Source: a virus
Direction: 5' to 3' (one strand)
IMG/VR virus record: IMGVR_UViG_3300042869_001157
Location: 2,598 to 66,597 of that record
DNA length: 64,000 nucleotides
Numbering within the stretch: the stretch's first letter is position 1; each line of letters opens with the position of its first letter. The translations under genes were made by a program, and so were the position numbers. The notes beneath the pieces are model-generated. The model saw nothing but the letters and a program-made list of their open reading frames with translations. It did not search any database and was not told where the DNA came from. Below are positions 10,801-20,700 of the stretch, piece after piece.

Positions 10801-13800
10801 GACAACAATGATTTGTCTTCTAACGAAAAATATTTGCGTCGCCACCTCTTGGATAACGGAATCAAAATTGATTTCTATCGCGGAGGTCGCGAAGGCTCTA
10901 TCGGTTCAGATATCTCCTTGCGAGATAACGATAGAGCAGGCATGGACGACAAACTAGATGCTTTATTGAACACAATATCTAAAGATAAAAAAGCATCAGA
11001 TATCTTGTCTGATAACGGATTCTTAATGGATGATCGTATTTGGGAAACTATGCCCTCATACAAGAATCGCCCAAACCGAAAAGGACCCAAATTAGGTGAC
11101 AGAGAACGTGGTGTTCAGGCGCGAGCAAACATTACAGATTTAGCACCTGGTGATGTTCTCCCCGAAAATTGGGATGATGAAACTAGTGCTGTTGGTGGGC
11201 CAATGGTTCGTATTGCCGATATTCGTAGTGATGGTCAAGAAGATGGCTACGTCACGATGGTGTTAGAGAACATGTCTGATGGTACTACTGAAACACGCAC
11301 ATTTGGTACGAATGACACATTCCCGAACGTAAGCAGACCGTCTGGTTCTCGTGGTGGACGTCAGCAAGGAATGCGATCCAGAGGTGGCGGGCAATACTGG
11401 ACCGACGGCGCACACAGGATTTGGATTTCCGATGATGAAGAACAAAATAGTGACGTCGGAGTCGATGCCATGCGAGATGGTTTCCGACCAGAGGGTGGCT
11501 CGGGTAGCGGTAGAGACTACTACCCATCTCGTCGCCGAAGATACCCCACGAGTACCCCCAAGCAAACAGCACCAAAACCAGATGATGGAGATCAATTAAT
11601 AAGCGATGCTTCGTCTATTACTGGAAATGACCTTGCTGCGTCCATTGTTCAACAATATAAACAACGTGGCCGACTTACGGACAAACAATGGAATGCACTA
11701 CGTGGCATAGTTTCTAAAAACAAAAAACCATCAGCCGGTCCATCTGCAAAAGAAGGAGTAGATAAGGCTGAAGATATTGCGCCTTCACTTTCCAATGAAG
11801 ATAAGAAGGCAATCATTGAGGCTGCTCGTGGTTTAAGTGGTGATTTTGCGAAAAGTGTTGTTTCTCAATATAATTCTCGTGGCCGTTTAAGTGACAAGCA
11901 GTGGGCTGCACTAGATAAGGCTACCCGCAAAATACGTGGTACCTCTACTAGTGCTGGCATGCGTTCACGGGCAAATACTGGATCAATTAACTGGGATGAA
12001 CCCGACGAAAACTGGGGAGATGGTGCGGGCGGGGATGTAGAAACATGGACGTTGCCAGATGGTGGCTATTATCAAATCTCCCGTTGGGAAGGCGGCGGGA
12101 ATAACCCTGGCGGTTCAGTCGCTACAGTATATGACGCCAACAATAAACAAGTTGCACGAAGTGAAGAATTTGGTTGGTATTCAGACGACGCAAAGAAGTT
12201 CTTGCAGGATTATCACAAAGAAAATACACCTACAGAAGGTGGCATGCGTTCACGTCGTTCTTACGATGACGAAAGTGGTTCGCGTGGGGTCCGCGAAGGA
12301 GTCGCAGAATCTGAACATTTTGAAGGCTCCATGTGGATTGATCAACTCAAGGGCGACAATGTTGATGCCGATGTTATTCCATTAGCGGATATTTATGGTG
12401 ACGACAGGCCTGGATATGGCGTGGTCGGCGTTTATAGAACTGACGATGGATTCGGTGGGATTGAGTATTTCTATGGCGGAGACGATGAAGAGTTCGATTC
12501 TGTTGAAGACGCCATGGACTTCTTGCAAAATGTCGAAGACCAGGGTAATGAGGACATTCTGTATGGTGATCCGGAATTCCGTAGTCTTGACCGTGTTCGT
12601 GCTGCAGGAAAGCCTGGCAGACGTCCCCTAGAAGGATTGCGTTCACGTTCTGGTGGAACGTCAGCAAATGTAGAAGCAGACCGAAGAGATGCTGCCGACA
12701 ATTCCGTATCCAACCCAATATCGCCTAATCGCCTTAATGAACTTTCGGGTAGCGATGATGTTGAAACTAGAATAAATGTTGCAAACAATGATGGAGCATT
12801 CTTAGAAACAGTTAATAGATTGCTTGAAGATGACGATCTTGACGTTCGTAAGGCTGCAGATGAGAATATTCAACGACGCTTTGGCGCTATAGCAAACCAG
12901 CCTGGTTCGGATCGACGTAAGCCTGCCTCGCGTCAAAGACGAGAAGCCGCGAAAAACTATTTGGCTCAGCATGAAGAGCGAATGCAGAAAGCCGGCATGC
13001 GTTCCCGCACTATGCGCGAACAAGACCCAAGAGCATACGATGACGTTTATGAATTGATCGATCAAGGTTTGTCTGATCAGGAAATTTATGATTCGCTTGC
13101 TTCTTCGCGGATATCGGGCGCGCGAGAAATAACATTATCTAAAATTGGTCAAATCCGTTCTGGTGGCAGGGAATTAACTCAGGACTCAAATAAGCGCGGA
13201 TTTGTAAGAAAAAAGAATACGCGTAAAATCAATGACCGATTTGATGGACAGCAAGTGGCTCGTTTGAGTGCTTCGCGTGGTGGCCGTTACGGTGAGCGTG
13301 CGGATATCGAAGAAGGCCTCAGTGATGTGCAAGAAATTGCTGACGGCATGCGAAGCAAAGCCGGAACAGGGTTGGGCGAATCACGCGAAATCTATCCTTC
13401 ACGCAGAATGGCCGAAAGTAGTGCTGTTGACTTCGTTCGTTACGATGCCGCTAAAGAAGAGTTGGTCGTCCAATATAAGGGCGGCGGCGCTTACGTATTT
13501 GGTGGTATTTCTGCTGATGACGCAGACAGCATTGAAGAAGCAGAGAGTCTTGGTAAAGCACTCAATGATGTGAAGCGCAATGCGACATATTCCGTTAAGC
13601 CGAATGGTGATGTTAATGGTGTTGAGTCAACGACTGCTGATTTCTTGGAACGTGATTTGCGTCGTGTCCCACTAAGCGAAGACAACAGGTCCGTATACGG
13701 TAACGCTATTCGGTTACTTCGTGATGGGGTTGATGAAGATAGCGACTTTGCACAGGTTCAGTCTCAGGTTACAAACATAAGCAACCTTGCAAATGAGATG

Positions 13801-15837
13801 TGGGAAAATGATGAGTATGCCGCATCTAATTTCTTGTCAGATGCAGCAGAGAAAATCAATAAGAAACTTAATTCCGTTAGAGGTCAGGGCGGTTTCCGTT
13901 CACGCGCCGGAGCAAGACATCAACGCATGGAAGTCAATCTTTCCGTAGATGAAATTGGTTTAATTCGTGATGAAATTCGTGGGATTACCGCGAAGCATGG
14001 CGGAAATGGCCTAATTACTTACGGTATGAAGAAGTACGATAATCTTCTTGAAGAGTTACAGAATCAGAAAAAATCTAATCCTGGTCGTTCTTTGATAGTT
14101 CTTTCCTCGGAATACGACAACGTTATGACGGCGTACGATGAATTGGAGAAAGTTGATCCATCATGGATCAAGATGTTTGGTGCCGATCCACTAGAAATGG
14201 CCTCAGTCAGCAAAGAAGGAAAGTACATCAGCCCCAATGTTGATATGCCTGGCGAGGAATTCGATGGCAAGCGCATCAATAACGGTGCTCCAGCAGATAT
14301 CACTCCAAGAATGCAGGGTCAACTTGTTGACTGGGGTCGTCGTCAGCCTAACTTCCGCATAGTTAAGGGTCTCATTGAGGCTCATAAGAAGAATAACGGC
14401 ACCATGACGGCGCGTCAGTGGAGTACTTTGCGCAACATGTTTGACCGCTTCTCTGAAGAGAACCGTAGTGGTGGAGTTAGATCACGAGTTGGTTCTGGTA
14501 TGCGTTCAGAAACTGGCAGCGCCGTGTCTAGTTCTCGTACAGGAAAGGGCAAGGGTCCTCGCTCGGCTAAAGATGTTCTTCCTGAAAACTATGAAACTTT
14601 GTCATTGGATGAGAAGTTTGATGCATTAATTTCTGCAGGTAAATACGATGAGTCGACTAATCCTAACGGTATCCAGGTTGGTGAATATAACGCTGCGTTT
14701 AGACGTTTGCGTGATGCTGAAGATGAGCAGGACAGAATTACTGCTCGTCGTGAGGCCCTTGCTGAAAGAATGAAGCGTTCGGCGGAGGCCGGTCCGGTAA
14801 CGCGTCGTCCGGAAGTTATGGAGCAAGAGTCACCTCGTCGGGCGAATGATGTTGAGACGACTCCTGAGAAGCGGGCGGCATTGGCGAAGAGGACTCGCCA
14901 GAAGCAAATGTCGGCTATTGAAAAAGTCGTTGCTAAGGCGCAGGACAGTATTAGTGGTGCAATTATTGATGGTGATGCTGAAGATGAGCATGGCAACGTC
15001 TGGAATGAAGTGATGGATTTGGTTCAGGCTGAGGATGGCGGCGATGACGCTGACTTGACTCTTTCTAAATTGAGTTCGATCATTGAGGCACTTGATGATT
15101 ACACTATTGGTTTTGAGGGCGAGGAAATGAGCCCAGCGGAACGCAAGAGTGTCAATAACGCTACTAAACTCAAGAACACCCTTGAGGAATTGTATGACGA
15201 TATAGATTCTGATCCGTTCATCAAGCGTGGAAGCACTTCCCGTGAACAAACAGGGATAACTCTCGCTGGAGAGGAAGATGATTCAATTCCACGATTTATG
15301 ACTGGAGAAGGTTTACGTTCTCGTTCTAGCCTAGTCAATGGTTATATAGGTGCTCGTAAGAATGCCGAACGTCAACCCAGAGCGGGCATGCGTTCACGTT
15401 CTGGAACTGAACAAGATGGTCGCGCTGAAATTCGCTGGGAAGCAACTGAGTTCAATAAGGTAGAACAGTCGTTGAGTAGGGAAATTTCTGAAGCACAAAA
15501 GTCTGGAGATTCCAAGACTGCTAATGCACTCAGGAATTTGACGAAGATTATGGATAGGCAGAAGTCTGGCGATGTTGGTGGAAAGAGGACTAACGCTGGT
15601 GCTTTGTATCTTACTCAGAATGAACTTGATGATGTGATGGATGCTTTGATGCATGTTGTTGATCGTCAAACTCAAACGGATGGTTCCAGAACCAATATGT
15701 TCGCCCAAATGCTTGACAAACTGGCCGAAGCGGGCATGACAACATTTATCAGAAAAACAGCAAAACCGGTTAATTCTCGATTTGTAGAAAAAACAAACGA
15801 GTCCGGCAGAACTGTAAAGATTCCGCTCAATGAATAA
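4861..15837 (+). CDS. Giant fusion: HK97-family prohead protease, scaffold-like region and about 23 GMRSR-delimited cargo modules including a KTSC domain
   Basis: N-terminal GNKDSVGDVI, WGHNW (His), WSIGY (Ser) and LYEVSPV match the S78 prohead protease. RBS AGGAG precedes the start. A KTSC-like SSAVDFVRYDAAKEELVVQYKGGGAYVF lies at about 13414-13580. Confidence 0.88.
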   Translation: MSNFSTSDILFKALDGQINIDSAQGIVECFVAAIGNKDSVGDVIVSGAFTESLKRRKPRVVWGHNWNDPIGKVLEIYEVPANDPRIPMKMKMAGVGGLYSRVQFNLATEKGREAFASVAFFGQEQEWSIGYKTLQATFDPTMQANVLREVELYEVSPVLHGANQLTATLSVKSDDGGEKCGPEGMHGGMHGGMNASRPGSTTIDIPRFNLIPAKPRSFSTENERTDIFAQGESGQLGDEARTALEMELSSRSASPLRVVNATENSVVFDRTMPDGTRMTYRIGYHRESQSGRYMFGKPEKMASQQIVPSQMPSMPMSVKPGYVTRSYSDAQQPIAMMKSFDEQLDQAVEILSNAGEDETIKESELQKIQDAIDYLRNLADGQQKKTALEYSVWCKPQYAYKVKSLLDPVLNYHRLEAHVDDYGVHVTSGLNEDSLQALRSAHKNIASYLDGGGGSKKGDGAPNTKAAPKTRIKALSGKIGPKIGGGLRAAPAGMAFVDITGVTDADSDGIVFEGKPGLERPIIPRFIVPKNLARKLSSIVEGDAESIEKQRRAGNGNVSFDEKKLRGIIDDIGGDPNLLQNISSDGMRSRGEMRPIGSDLPFDLQTGKPRKRFDETDEEFAKRTRPLAFDLRQTKPSKAKYSITNFSSRSGMRSRRGESKERRKAISEIDDAISFTESLKRSDDGPAFFFSDGIEAASDFTRALEYNNLFKYLDYESDSDSDSGYRVSLDLESMDDSELNDLIDILNDGQEPEDYLEKIPTDDSRGMRSRSGDPEIDYQLDEQDDRQFRDNRLDAPRKKPQKSMRELREENRLKRQREAENDPEYIQYMLDEQADMQRDMEREERGMRSRRGSTYRERGPSYEEQFEDLDQDSGHFNNLLERTVETMIEDDELDPKDVDWSNILDNEKVMSRAEEMWNSDVEDHWADVGERQRDDRGMRSRRGYVGPPDSWYEPDDDPLEPLEELVGEEWNRGDSDRYYETARDWTRENVDQYKDMTDDEWDSLLDDVNASDDPIAAMHKLFKEYDNSDAFDDDIRRFAESDLNSFDEDYDDRGFRSRLGDAVRKQGREIGKDLKREAKKFAREKGRELLDDAVDNIFDRNRRDRGMRSRRFREDSKPDKKLKPAYGRRGPVQALQNMSDEELVKLLQSYGETAWRPWDRNPQSSSLLLRDRPSLSSLVQELDSRGYDVYQSEGREPEYFGDYSAGDKSVYARKRGQEPSPLERMLNGEMSWGVEEETKPQDVIDSQLEDRRRSESKTWKATVPDDYKPSDGALETLTPAERRLLETFKPKSKAQRKQEMLDSFRNQAKRDVDSNKPYDTWDWYPTFEEWDQEYKKKLRQYRKAQRKAYAHDLEKGNVKPVEERAVQQTGWSVENLDWDNFKPKPLRFGPYGGPRDVPELLRGFRSKITDGLRNERDNSVKSTTTIEQRAFDILAQMSQRSGQKFGLSDKELQDIFDGDQKINPELMKIVRSELKRQGFTKDDVADVLSGRYAGYARNKISGAPDDADRVFEGEMESISNRAFQESMDILSDGLTIEEFQDFVSSGRIPQGKESILRRANEVYDNIVQDSDKQRAMGLRSRTGRNIDAEIDTNIKKQRDLEKELDDEKIDLAEFRRRQAPLRQEFSDLRKEQGAQSATRKAPELDATGRPRREMIERDEKGKVKFDSEKFLAEQNSKRRSTMSELGFTEEEINALMGASSSGMRSRGRSNESFKNARALYSSKNKEKIADRLTELTQRRNELNAKSKELLDQYYANGRDFNDEENDIYDEIENELDDVNDEIRGISDWAKYATSEDTQRWVGRTGIRKTRMAYRKMLDDGEISQGKYDRLLEDLIDPTFFDDEHWDSVGAIPFISYLRDVFEDDDDIFVDVDNQLLTSEKIDDLSSDFAAEKVAEGLANLNNRGMRSRSGKKNNSEKRKMVTKLTPDQVRIMQEQKLRSKKIPGKKKDGPSKNEWGFRSREDFGNSAGAAINYLSEIFSKDNNDLSSNEKYLRRHLLDNGIKIDFYRGGREGSIGSDISLRDNDRAGMDDKLDALLNTISKDKKASDILSDNGFLMDDRIWETMPSYKNRPNRKGPKLGDRERGVQARANITDLAPGDVLPENWDDETSAVGGPMVRIADIRSDGQEDGYVTMVLENMSDGTTETRTFGTNDTFPNVSRPSGSRGGRQQGMRSRGGGQYWTDGAHRIWISDDEEQNSDVGVDAMRDGFRPEGGSGSGRDYYPSRRRRYPTSTPKQTAPKPDDGDQLISDASSITGNDLAASIVQQYKQRGRLTDKQWNALRGIVSKNKKPSAGPSAKEGVDKAEDIAPSLSNEDKKAIIEAARGLSGDFAKSVVSQYNSRGRLSDKQWAALDKATRKIRGTSTSAGMRSRANTGSINWDEPDENWGDGAGGDVETWTLPDGGYYQISRWEGGGNNPGGSVATVYDANNKQVARSEEFGWYSDDAKKFLQDYHKENTPTEGGMRSRRSYDDESGSRGVREGVAESEHFEGSMWIDQLKGDNVDADVIPLADIYGDDRPGYGVVGVYRTDDGFGGIEYFYGGDDEEFDSVEDAMDFLQNVEDQGNEDILYGDPEFRSLDRVRAAGKPGRRPLEGLRSRSGGTSANVEADRRDAADNSVSNPISPNRLNELSGSDDVETRINVANNDGAFLETVNRLLEDDDLDVRKAADENIQRRFGAIANQPGSDRRKPASRQRREAAKNYLAQHEERMQKAGMRSRTMREQDPRAYDDVYELIDQGLSDQEIYDSLASSRISGAREITLSKIGQIRSGGRELTQDSNKRGFVRKKNTRKINDRFDGQQVARLSASRGGRYGERADIEEGLSDVQEIADGMRSKAGTGLGESREIYPSRRMAESSAVDFVRYDAAKEELVVQYKGGGAYVFGGISADDADSIEEAESLGKALNDVKRNATYSVKPNGDVNGVESTTADFLERDLRRVPLSEDNRSVYGNAIRLLRDGVDEDSDFAQVQSQVTNISNLANEMWENDEYAASNFLSDAAEKINKKLNSVRGQGGFRSRAGARHQRMEVNLSVDEIGLIRDEIRGITAKHGGNGLITYGMKKYDNLLEELQNQKKSNPGRSLIVLSSEYDNVMTAYDELEKVDPSWIKMFGADPLEMASVSKEGKYISPNVDMPGEEFDGKRINNGAPADITPRMQGQLVDWGRRQPNFRIVKGLIEAHKKNNGTMTARQWSTLRNMFDRFSEENRSGGVRSRVGSGMRSETGSAVSSSRTGKGKGPRSAKDVLPENYETLSLDEKFDALISAGKYDESTNPNGIQVGEYNAAFRRLRDAEDEQDRITARREALAERMKRSAEAGPVTRRPEVMEQESPRRANDVETTPEKRAALAKRTRQKQMSAIEKVVAKAQDSISGAIIDGDAEDEHGNVWNEVMDLVQAEDGGDDADLTLSKLSSIIEALDDYTIGFEGEEMSPAERKSVNNATKLKNTLEELYDDIDSDPFIKRGSTSREQTGITLAGEEDDSIPRFMTGEGLRSRSSLVNGYIGARKNAERQPRAGMRSRSGTEQDGRAEIRWEATEFNKVEQSLSREISEAQKSGDSKTANALRNLTKIMDRQKSGDVGGKRTNAGALYLTQNELDDVMDALMHVVDRQTQTDGSRTNMFAQMLDKLAEAGMTTFIRKTAKPVNSRFVEKTNESGRTVKIPLNE

Positions 15838-15890
15838 CATTAATTTACATACACATATGCTACTTTGTTGTACACTTAAAATAGATTAAA

Positions 15891-17786
15891 ATGAAAAAAA
15901 TATCTAAATACTTCTGCACGGTAGACGGCCAACAGGCTAATATTCCTTGTAGTGGTTGCCCCAGCCATAACGGATGCCTCGATAAGAGCATCCACTATAA
16001 GGAGTCTCACACAATGGATTTAAACGAAAAATCAGTCGTCAAAATTGATGGCGACGGTACCGTAGTCAAATGTGCAAAATCCTTGCCCGGTTCAGAATGC
16101 GGATACGAAGCAGACAAAAAAGTCTGTGGAAAATGTGGCGCAATGGCTGTCGAAATCAAAATGGTTCCCGTCGACGAAGAAGACGAAGAAGAAACCACTG
16201 ATGAAGAAGATTTATTAGAAGAATCAGAAGAAGAAGCACCAATGGAGAATGGCAAGCCCATGCTCAAAACCAAGGGTGCTGGAATGTGGCAAACACCAAA
16301 AGCAACCCGTCGCGCCTACACCGCATCAATGCAAGATGGTCTCTACCGCCCAGTCAAGGGTGAAGAAATGATGCCCGAAGATGACGAGGACGAAGAAATG
16401 TATATGGACGACGAAGAGAACATGGGCATGGAAGACGAAGGCAAAGAGTTGGGACGAAGTCCCCGACCCCCGAGCCCGGGCTATTCAAGCAATCGCCGCA
16501 GTGAAGCAATGTGGGGTCCATGGGGACGAAGATCAAATGGTGGCAGTGGCGCACTCTTCACGGTAGGACGCAACGCAATCGGCATTTCTGATGCGATGCC
16601 CGGTAAGGCTTCTAACGAAGAAATGTACGACGAGGACGAAGAAATGTATATGGACGACGAAGGTAACGAGTACATGATGGACGAAGAAGGCAAAATGTAC
16701 GCAATGCCAGGGCGAAACGACGGTTATTTTCAACCACAACAAAAGCGTCGCAGCATGATGCGCCGCATGGCAGATGAAATGATGCCTGAAGATGAAGACA
16801 ACGAAGAAATGTATTTAGACGATGAAGAAGGAGAAGCCGACGATATGGACATGGCACCCGATCTAGAAGCAATGCGTATGGCACGCCTACGTAAACTTGG
16901 AACAAAGTCAGCAGATGTAGGCATGAATGGCTACATGTGTGCTATCGACCGCAAGGTATATCCAGGCGCAGCATCAGTATGTGACGACTGCCCAGGTGGA
17001 TGTATGGCAGAAAAAGGAATGCCAGGCCTCCTCCACGTCGAAGGACTCGTCGAAGTCATGTTCAAGGGCGATGTTATCGACTCTGGCTACTCACAAGATG
17101 CAGACATGTATGTTGTTGACGTAGAAACAAAGTCCGGAAGCATTAACGAAGTATTCGTTGATGGAACATCGGCAGAAGTTCTTGGCTTCCACCGTCTGGA
17201 CGATTCGGTTCTTTCACAGAAGTCAATCATGGATGACATCGAACTCATCGACTTCAACGAAGCAGCAGACATTGCTGTCAAATCGATCCCTGGCAGTGTT
17301 GTCGCCGTAGAACCAGCAGTGTTTGAAGGTTTCGACTCATACCAAGTTGAAATCGATGGCGTTGACGGCAAGTCATACGACGTTTTTGTTGCGCTTGATG
17401 GCGAAACACTCGGCTACGACTCATACAACTCTGACGAAACAGCAGAAATCGAAGCGGAAGCAGCAGAAATTGCCCTTAAGCGTGCATTCTCGGAAGATAA
17501 GCGCGAAGAAATGGCTAAAGAAGGCACCGCAATGTCTGATGGATCGTTCCCAATCGCAAGCGAGAACGATCTTCGCAACGCAATTATGGCTCATGGACGA
17601 GCAAAAGACATCGAAGCAGCAAAAGCACACATTAAGTCACGTGCCGCAGCCTTGGGTCTTGAAGCAATGCTTCCCGACAATTGGAAAGCAGCAGAAAAGT
17701 CCAGCCCAGCAGAAGAGTTCATTCAATCTCTCGTTGAGTTTGAGATGCTCACCGCTGAGGTAGAGAATCCTTCAACAACTAAGTAA
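15891..17786 (+). CDS. Acidic head-associated or scaffold-like protein with Cys clusters, EDEEMYMDDE repeats, PepSY-like domains and a conserved C-terminal phage domain
   Basis: IDFNEAADIAVKSIPGSVVAVE...YQVEI...YDVFVALDG resembles PepSY. C-terminal DGSFPIA..DLRNAI.AHGRA..IKSRAAALG..LPDNW is a motif I recall from phage head proteins (DUF6582-like). An alternative start at 16014 follows AGGAG. Confidence 0.65.
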   Translation: MKKISKYFCTVDGQQANIPCSGCPSHNGCLDKSIHYKESHTMDLNEKSVVKIDGDGTVVKCAKSLPGSECGYEADKKVCGKCGAMAVEIKMVPVDEEDEEETTDEEDLLEESEEEAPMENGKPMLKTKGAGMWQTPKATRRAYTASMQDGLYRPVKGEEMMPEDDEDEEMYMDDEENMGMEDEGKELGRSPRPPSPGYSSNRRSEAMWGPWGRRSNGGSGALFTVGRNAIGISDAMPGKASNEEMYDEDEEMYMDDEGNEYMMDEEGKMYAMPGRNDGYFQPQQKRRSMMRRMADEMMPEDEDNEEMYLDDEEGEADDMDMAPDLEAMRMARLRKLGTKSADVGMNGYMCAIDRKVYPGAASVCDDCPGGCMAEKGMPGLLHVEGLVEVMFKGDVIDSGYSQDADMYVVDVETKSGSINEVFVDGTSAEVLGFHRLDDSVLSQKSIMDDIELIDFNEAADIAVKSIPGSVVAVEPAVFEGFDSYQVEIDGVDGKSYDVFVALDGETLGYDSYNSDETAEIEAEAAEIALKRAFSEDKREEMAKEGTAMSDGSFPIASENDLRNAIMAHGRAKDIEAAKAHIKSRAAALGLEAMLPDNWKAAEKSSPAEEFIQSLVEFEMLTAEVENPSTTK

Positions 17787-17798
17787 CTACAACAGGGA

Positions 17799-20700
17799 TT
17801 GGAGCCCGGTATGACGGGTAGAGGTATCCCTCAACGGAATAAACTTTCGCCACGTTTGAACGTGCCTGTCCGCAATTATGACGGAAAGGCTATGTACTTC
17901 CGTGAACGACAGAAGTTCTCATTAACTCAACCATACTTGGATGCAGATATTGCGGTCAAAGTTTTGGCCGAGGGCATGGTTGCTACCGGTTCTGGTGGGG
18001 ACAGGGAGATGACTGGTGATGACGATCAGCCGGCTATGGCTGAGTTTCGTTTCGATCCCCTGGCTCGCCGTCAACCTGGGCAAGTACTAAAACTTCACAC
18101 TACCTATAAAGAAGCGACGACCCCTGGTGATGATCATAACTGGGGCTGGGTTGATCCTGAGCCCGAATTGTCTGATGAGGATCGTCTCCAGTTATCCGAG
18201 GAGGCTGCTGATTTTGTTAGTAAGCGTCCCCAGGTTATTGTTCGTCAATTTCTTGTTGATAAAGATGGGAACGAGACTGGTGAAACTAACGAAATTGCGG
18301 TAAAGCAGTTGGGTCCCACCATAAATGACATGATGCCTGGACAAGCAATCAAATTACGTAAGGCTATTGCTAAGGGTATTGTTATTGATGCCAACGGACA
18401 AATGCGTTGTCCTCCCGGCACTCCTAACGCCAACCAATTCACCGATGTCGATATGTCTAATTGTTTCAATATTGGTGTTGGTGCTGTTCAAAAAGAGATT
18501 CGTCGTATCCGTGGTTTTTGGAAAGAGTGGAACGAAGATGTAGCAGCGATTCGCTCTGCTCGGACTGCTAAAGAAAGACTTGGTAAGGCTAAAGAGAACT
18601 ATACGAGCCTTGAACAGAATGCTGAATGGCTTGCCCGTAATGAACAATCTATTCAGGATGCTTATGAGACTTTGGGGATTGATTTATCTCAGTTTACGCC
18701 AGAGCAGTTAAAAAACAATGTTCATCTCTTTACTGCCATGGATGAATTGTTCAAAAATCATGATGGTCCTGAGTTTAGAAGATTTTTGCATGATGCCATT
18801 GGTTTCAAATGGGATGACTCTAAGAGTGTTGATGAAAATATGAAAGATTACTGGGAGACATTACGTGAGACGGCTTACAAGTTGGTTCCAGAGGAAGTTA
18901 AAAAAGCGTTATTGATTGACCCGTCAACAAAGAAGCCCATTTATCCCGATCAGTACGATGAAGCGCAAAAAATCGTTGACATGATGATTGATCGATTTAG
19001 GGAAGTTCAAGAAGGCATCATCCATGGTGCTTTGGTGTCTTTTAATGATAATCCTCAAATGTTTCAAACTTTGCGCGAAATTGGTTTTGATGCTTGGAAT
19101 GGAAGAGTTGGCCTAAATGAATGGATGAGTTATGAGGGCATCACTAATCCTATTACTGATGAACTAAGCCCTGGTAGACTTGGCACTCAAATAAATTTCA
19201 ATACCTGGGCGCTTGCATTTAAGCCTTTGATTGATTTGAGAAAACTGGAAGGAGAAGGTAGGTTTGAAATTGATCTCAAGCCCGTGGATGCCCAAGGCAC
19301 ACCTTTGAGCGATATTGAAAAATTAAAACAAATACGCGACATTATCGCCCATTCTAATGAAGTTGATCATTTTATTCATGGTGTTGGTTATGCGAACGAA
19401 CAGTCATCTGCTCGTGCATCCGCAGTGGCTGGTATGTCTCCCGCAAAAGCCAAGGCAATGCACGTTATGTTTCATGAGTTTGGGCATGTTTTACAATATG
19501 CCGAAGCACAAAATGCGATTATCGATTATGTGAACAAGCATGGTCAACTTGTTGTTACTAATAACGGCGCACTCAATGTTCTTACTGGTGATTGGCGAAC
19601 ATGGTCCAATAATGATTGGTACGATGCATTGAATACTGTCATGAGAGGAACTTTTGAAGGGATGAATTATCCGCCAGTTACCGTTGACTGGTTAGAGGAT
19701 TCAATGCTTCACCTTCTTGCTGGACAGTATTATCAAGATGAATTAGGAAAATGGCAGCGAATGCACCTTAGTGGGGGTGAAGGCTCCCCGATGTTAAAAA
19801 ATGCCCAGGTTGGTTTGATGATTCAGGAGGCTCGCGCTGAGTTGTATGCGTTGAGGCAGATGGGCGTTATTTCTGGGCCAGATATCGACAAGGCTATTGG
19901 TGGTATGGATGAGGTGAGAAGGCCTCCCGGTATTGAATTGGCTTCGCGTCCTATTTATGATGCCCCTACGGAGAATATTTCTAGACTTGTTCCGAAAAGT
20001 ATTTTTTCAGATAAAAGAGATTTACGAAGAAAACCCGAATACCCCCCCGAAGTTACTAAACTTGTCAAGAAAATGAAAAAGGAAAATTATACTCCTGAAC
20101 AAATATTGAATGAGTTAAATGCTGGTGATCCTGAAAATCCTAAGTTTACTTTGGATGATGTTAATAACATGATCGGCGATACAGGGGCAGATGACGTTCC
20201 TTCGGATTGGAAGTCCCCCGAAAGAGAAAATGGTATTCCTAAATTTGATCCTGCAAATGGTATTTATGCTGACTGGTCACCCGATCCAAATGATGATGGG
20301 AAAACGCGTCAAGCAAAATTAAATCAAGCCATAGAAGATTATGCATATTCTGATGAATTTTTGCAAGATATGGAAGATGCTGGTTTTGATCAGACCGACG
20401 AAAATCATATGGGTGATTTTGTTGGAACAAAAAAATATAAAGAAGGTTTAAAAAAATATCAAGAAAAATATGGCAAACCTTCATCCGATAGCGGCAATAA
20501 AACAAACGAAGAAGGAACCTCCATTCCTGATGAGACACTTCCAGAACCTAAGAAAAAACGTGACATTCCGGCATGGGATGGACAAGTGGACCCGTTTGCA
20601 AACGATTATTCAGAAGTAAAGTTAACGGATGCTTTAATTGACGATTACACTAATACAGACTACACAATTGATGAACTCGCAGAACGCTATGACCGTACGC

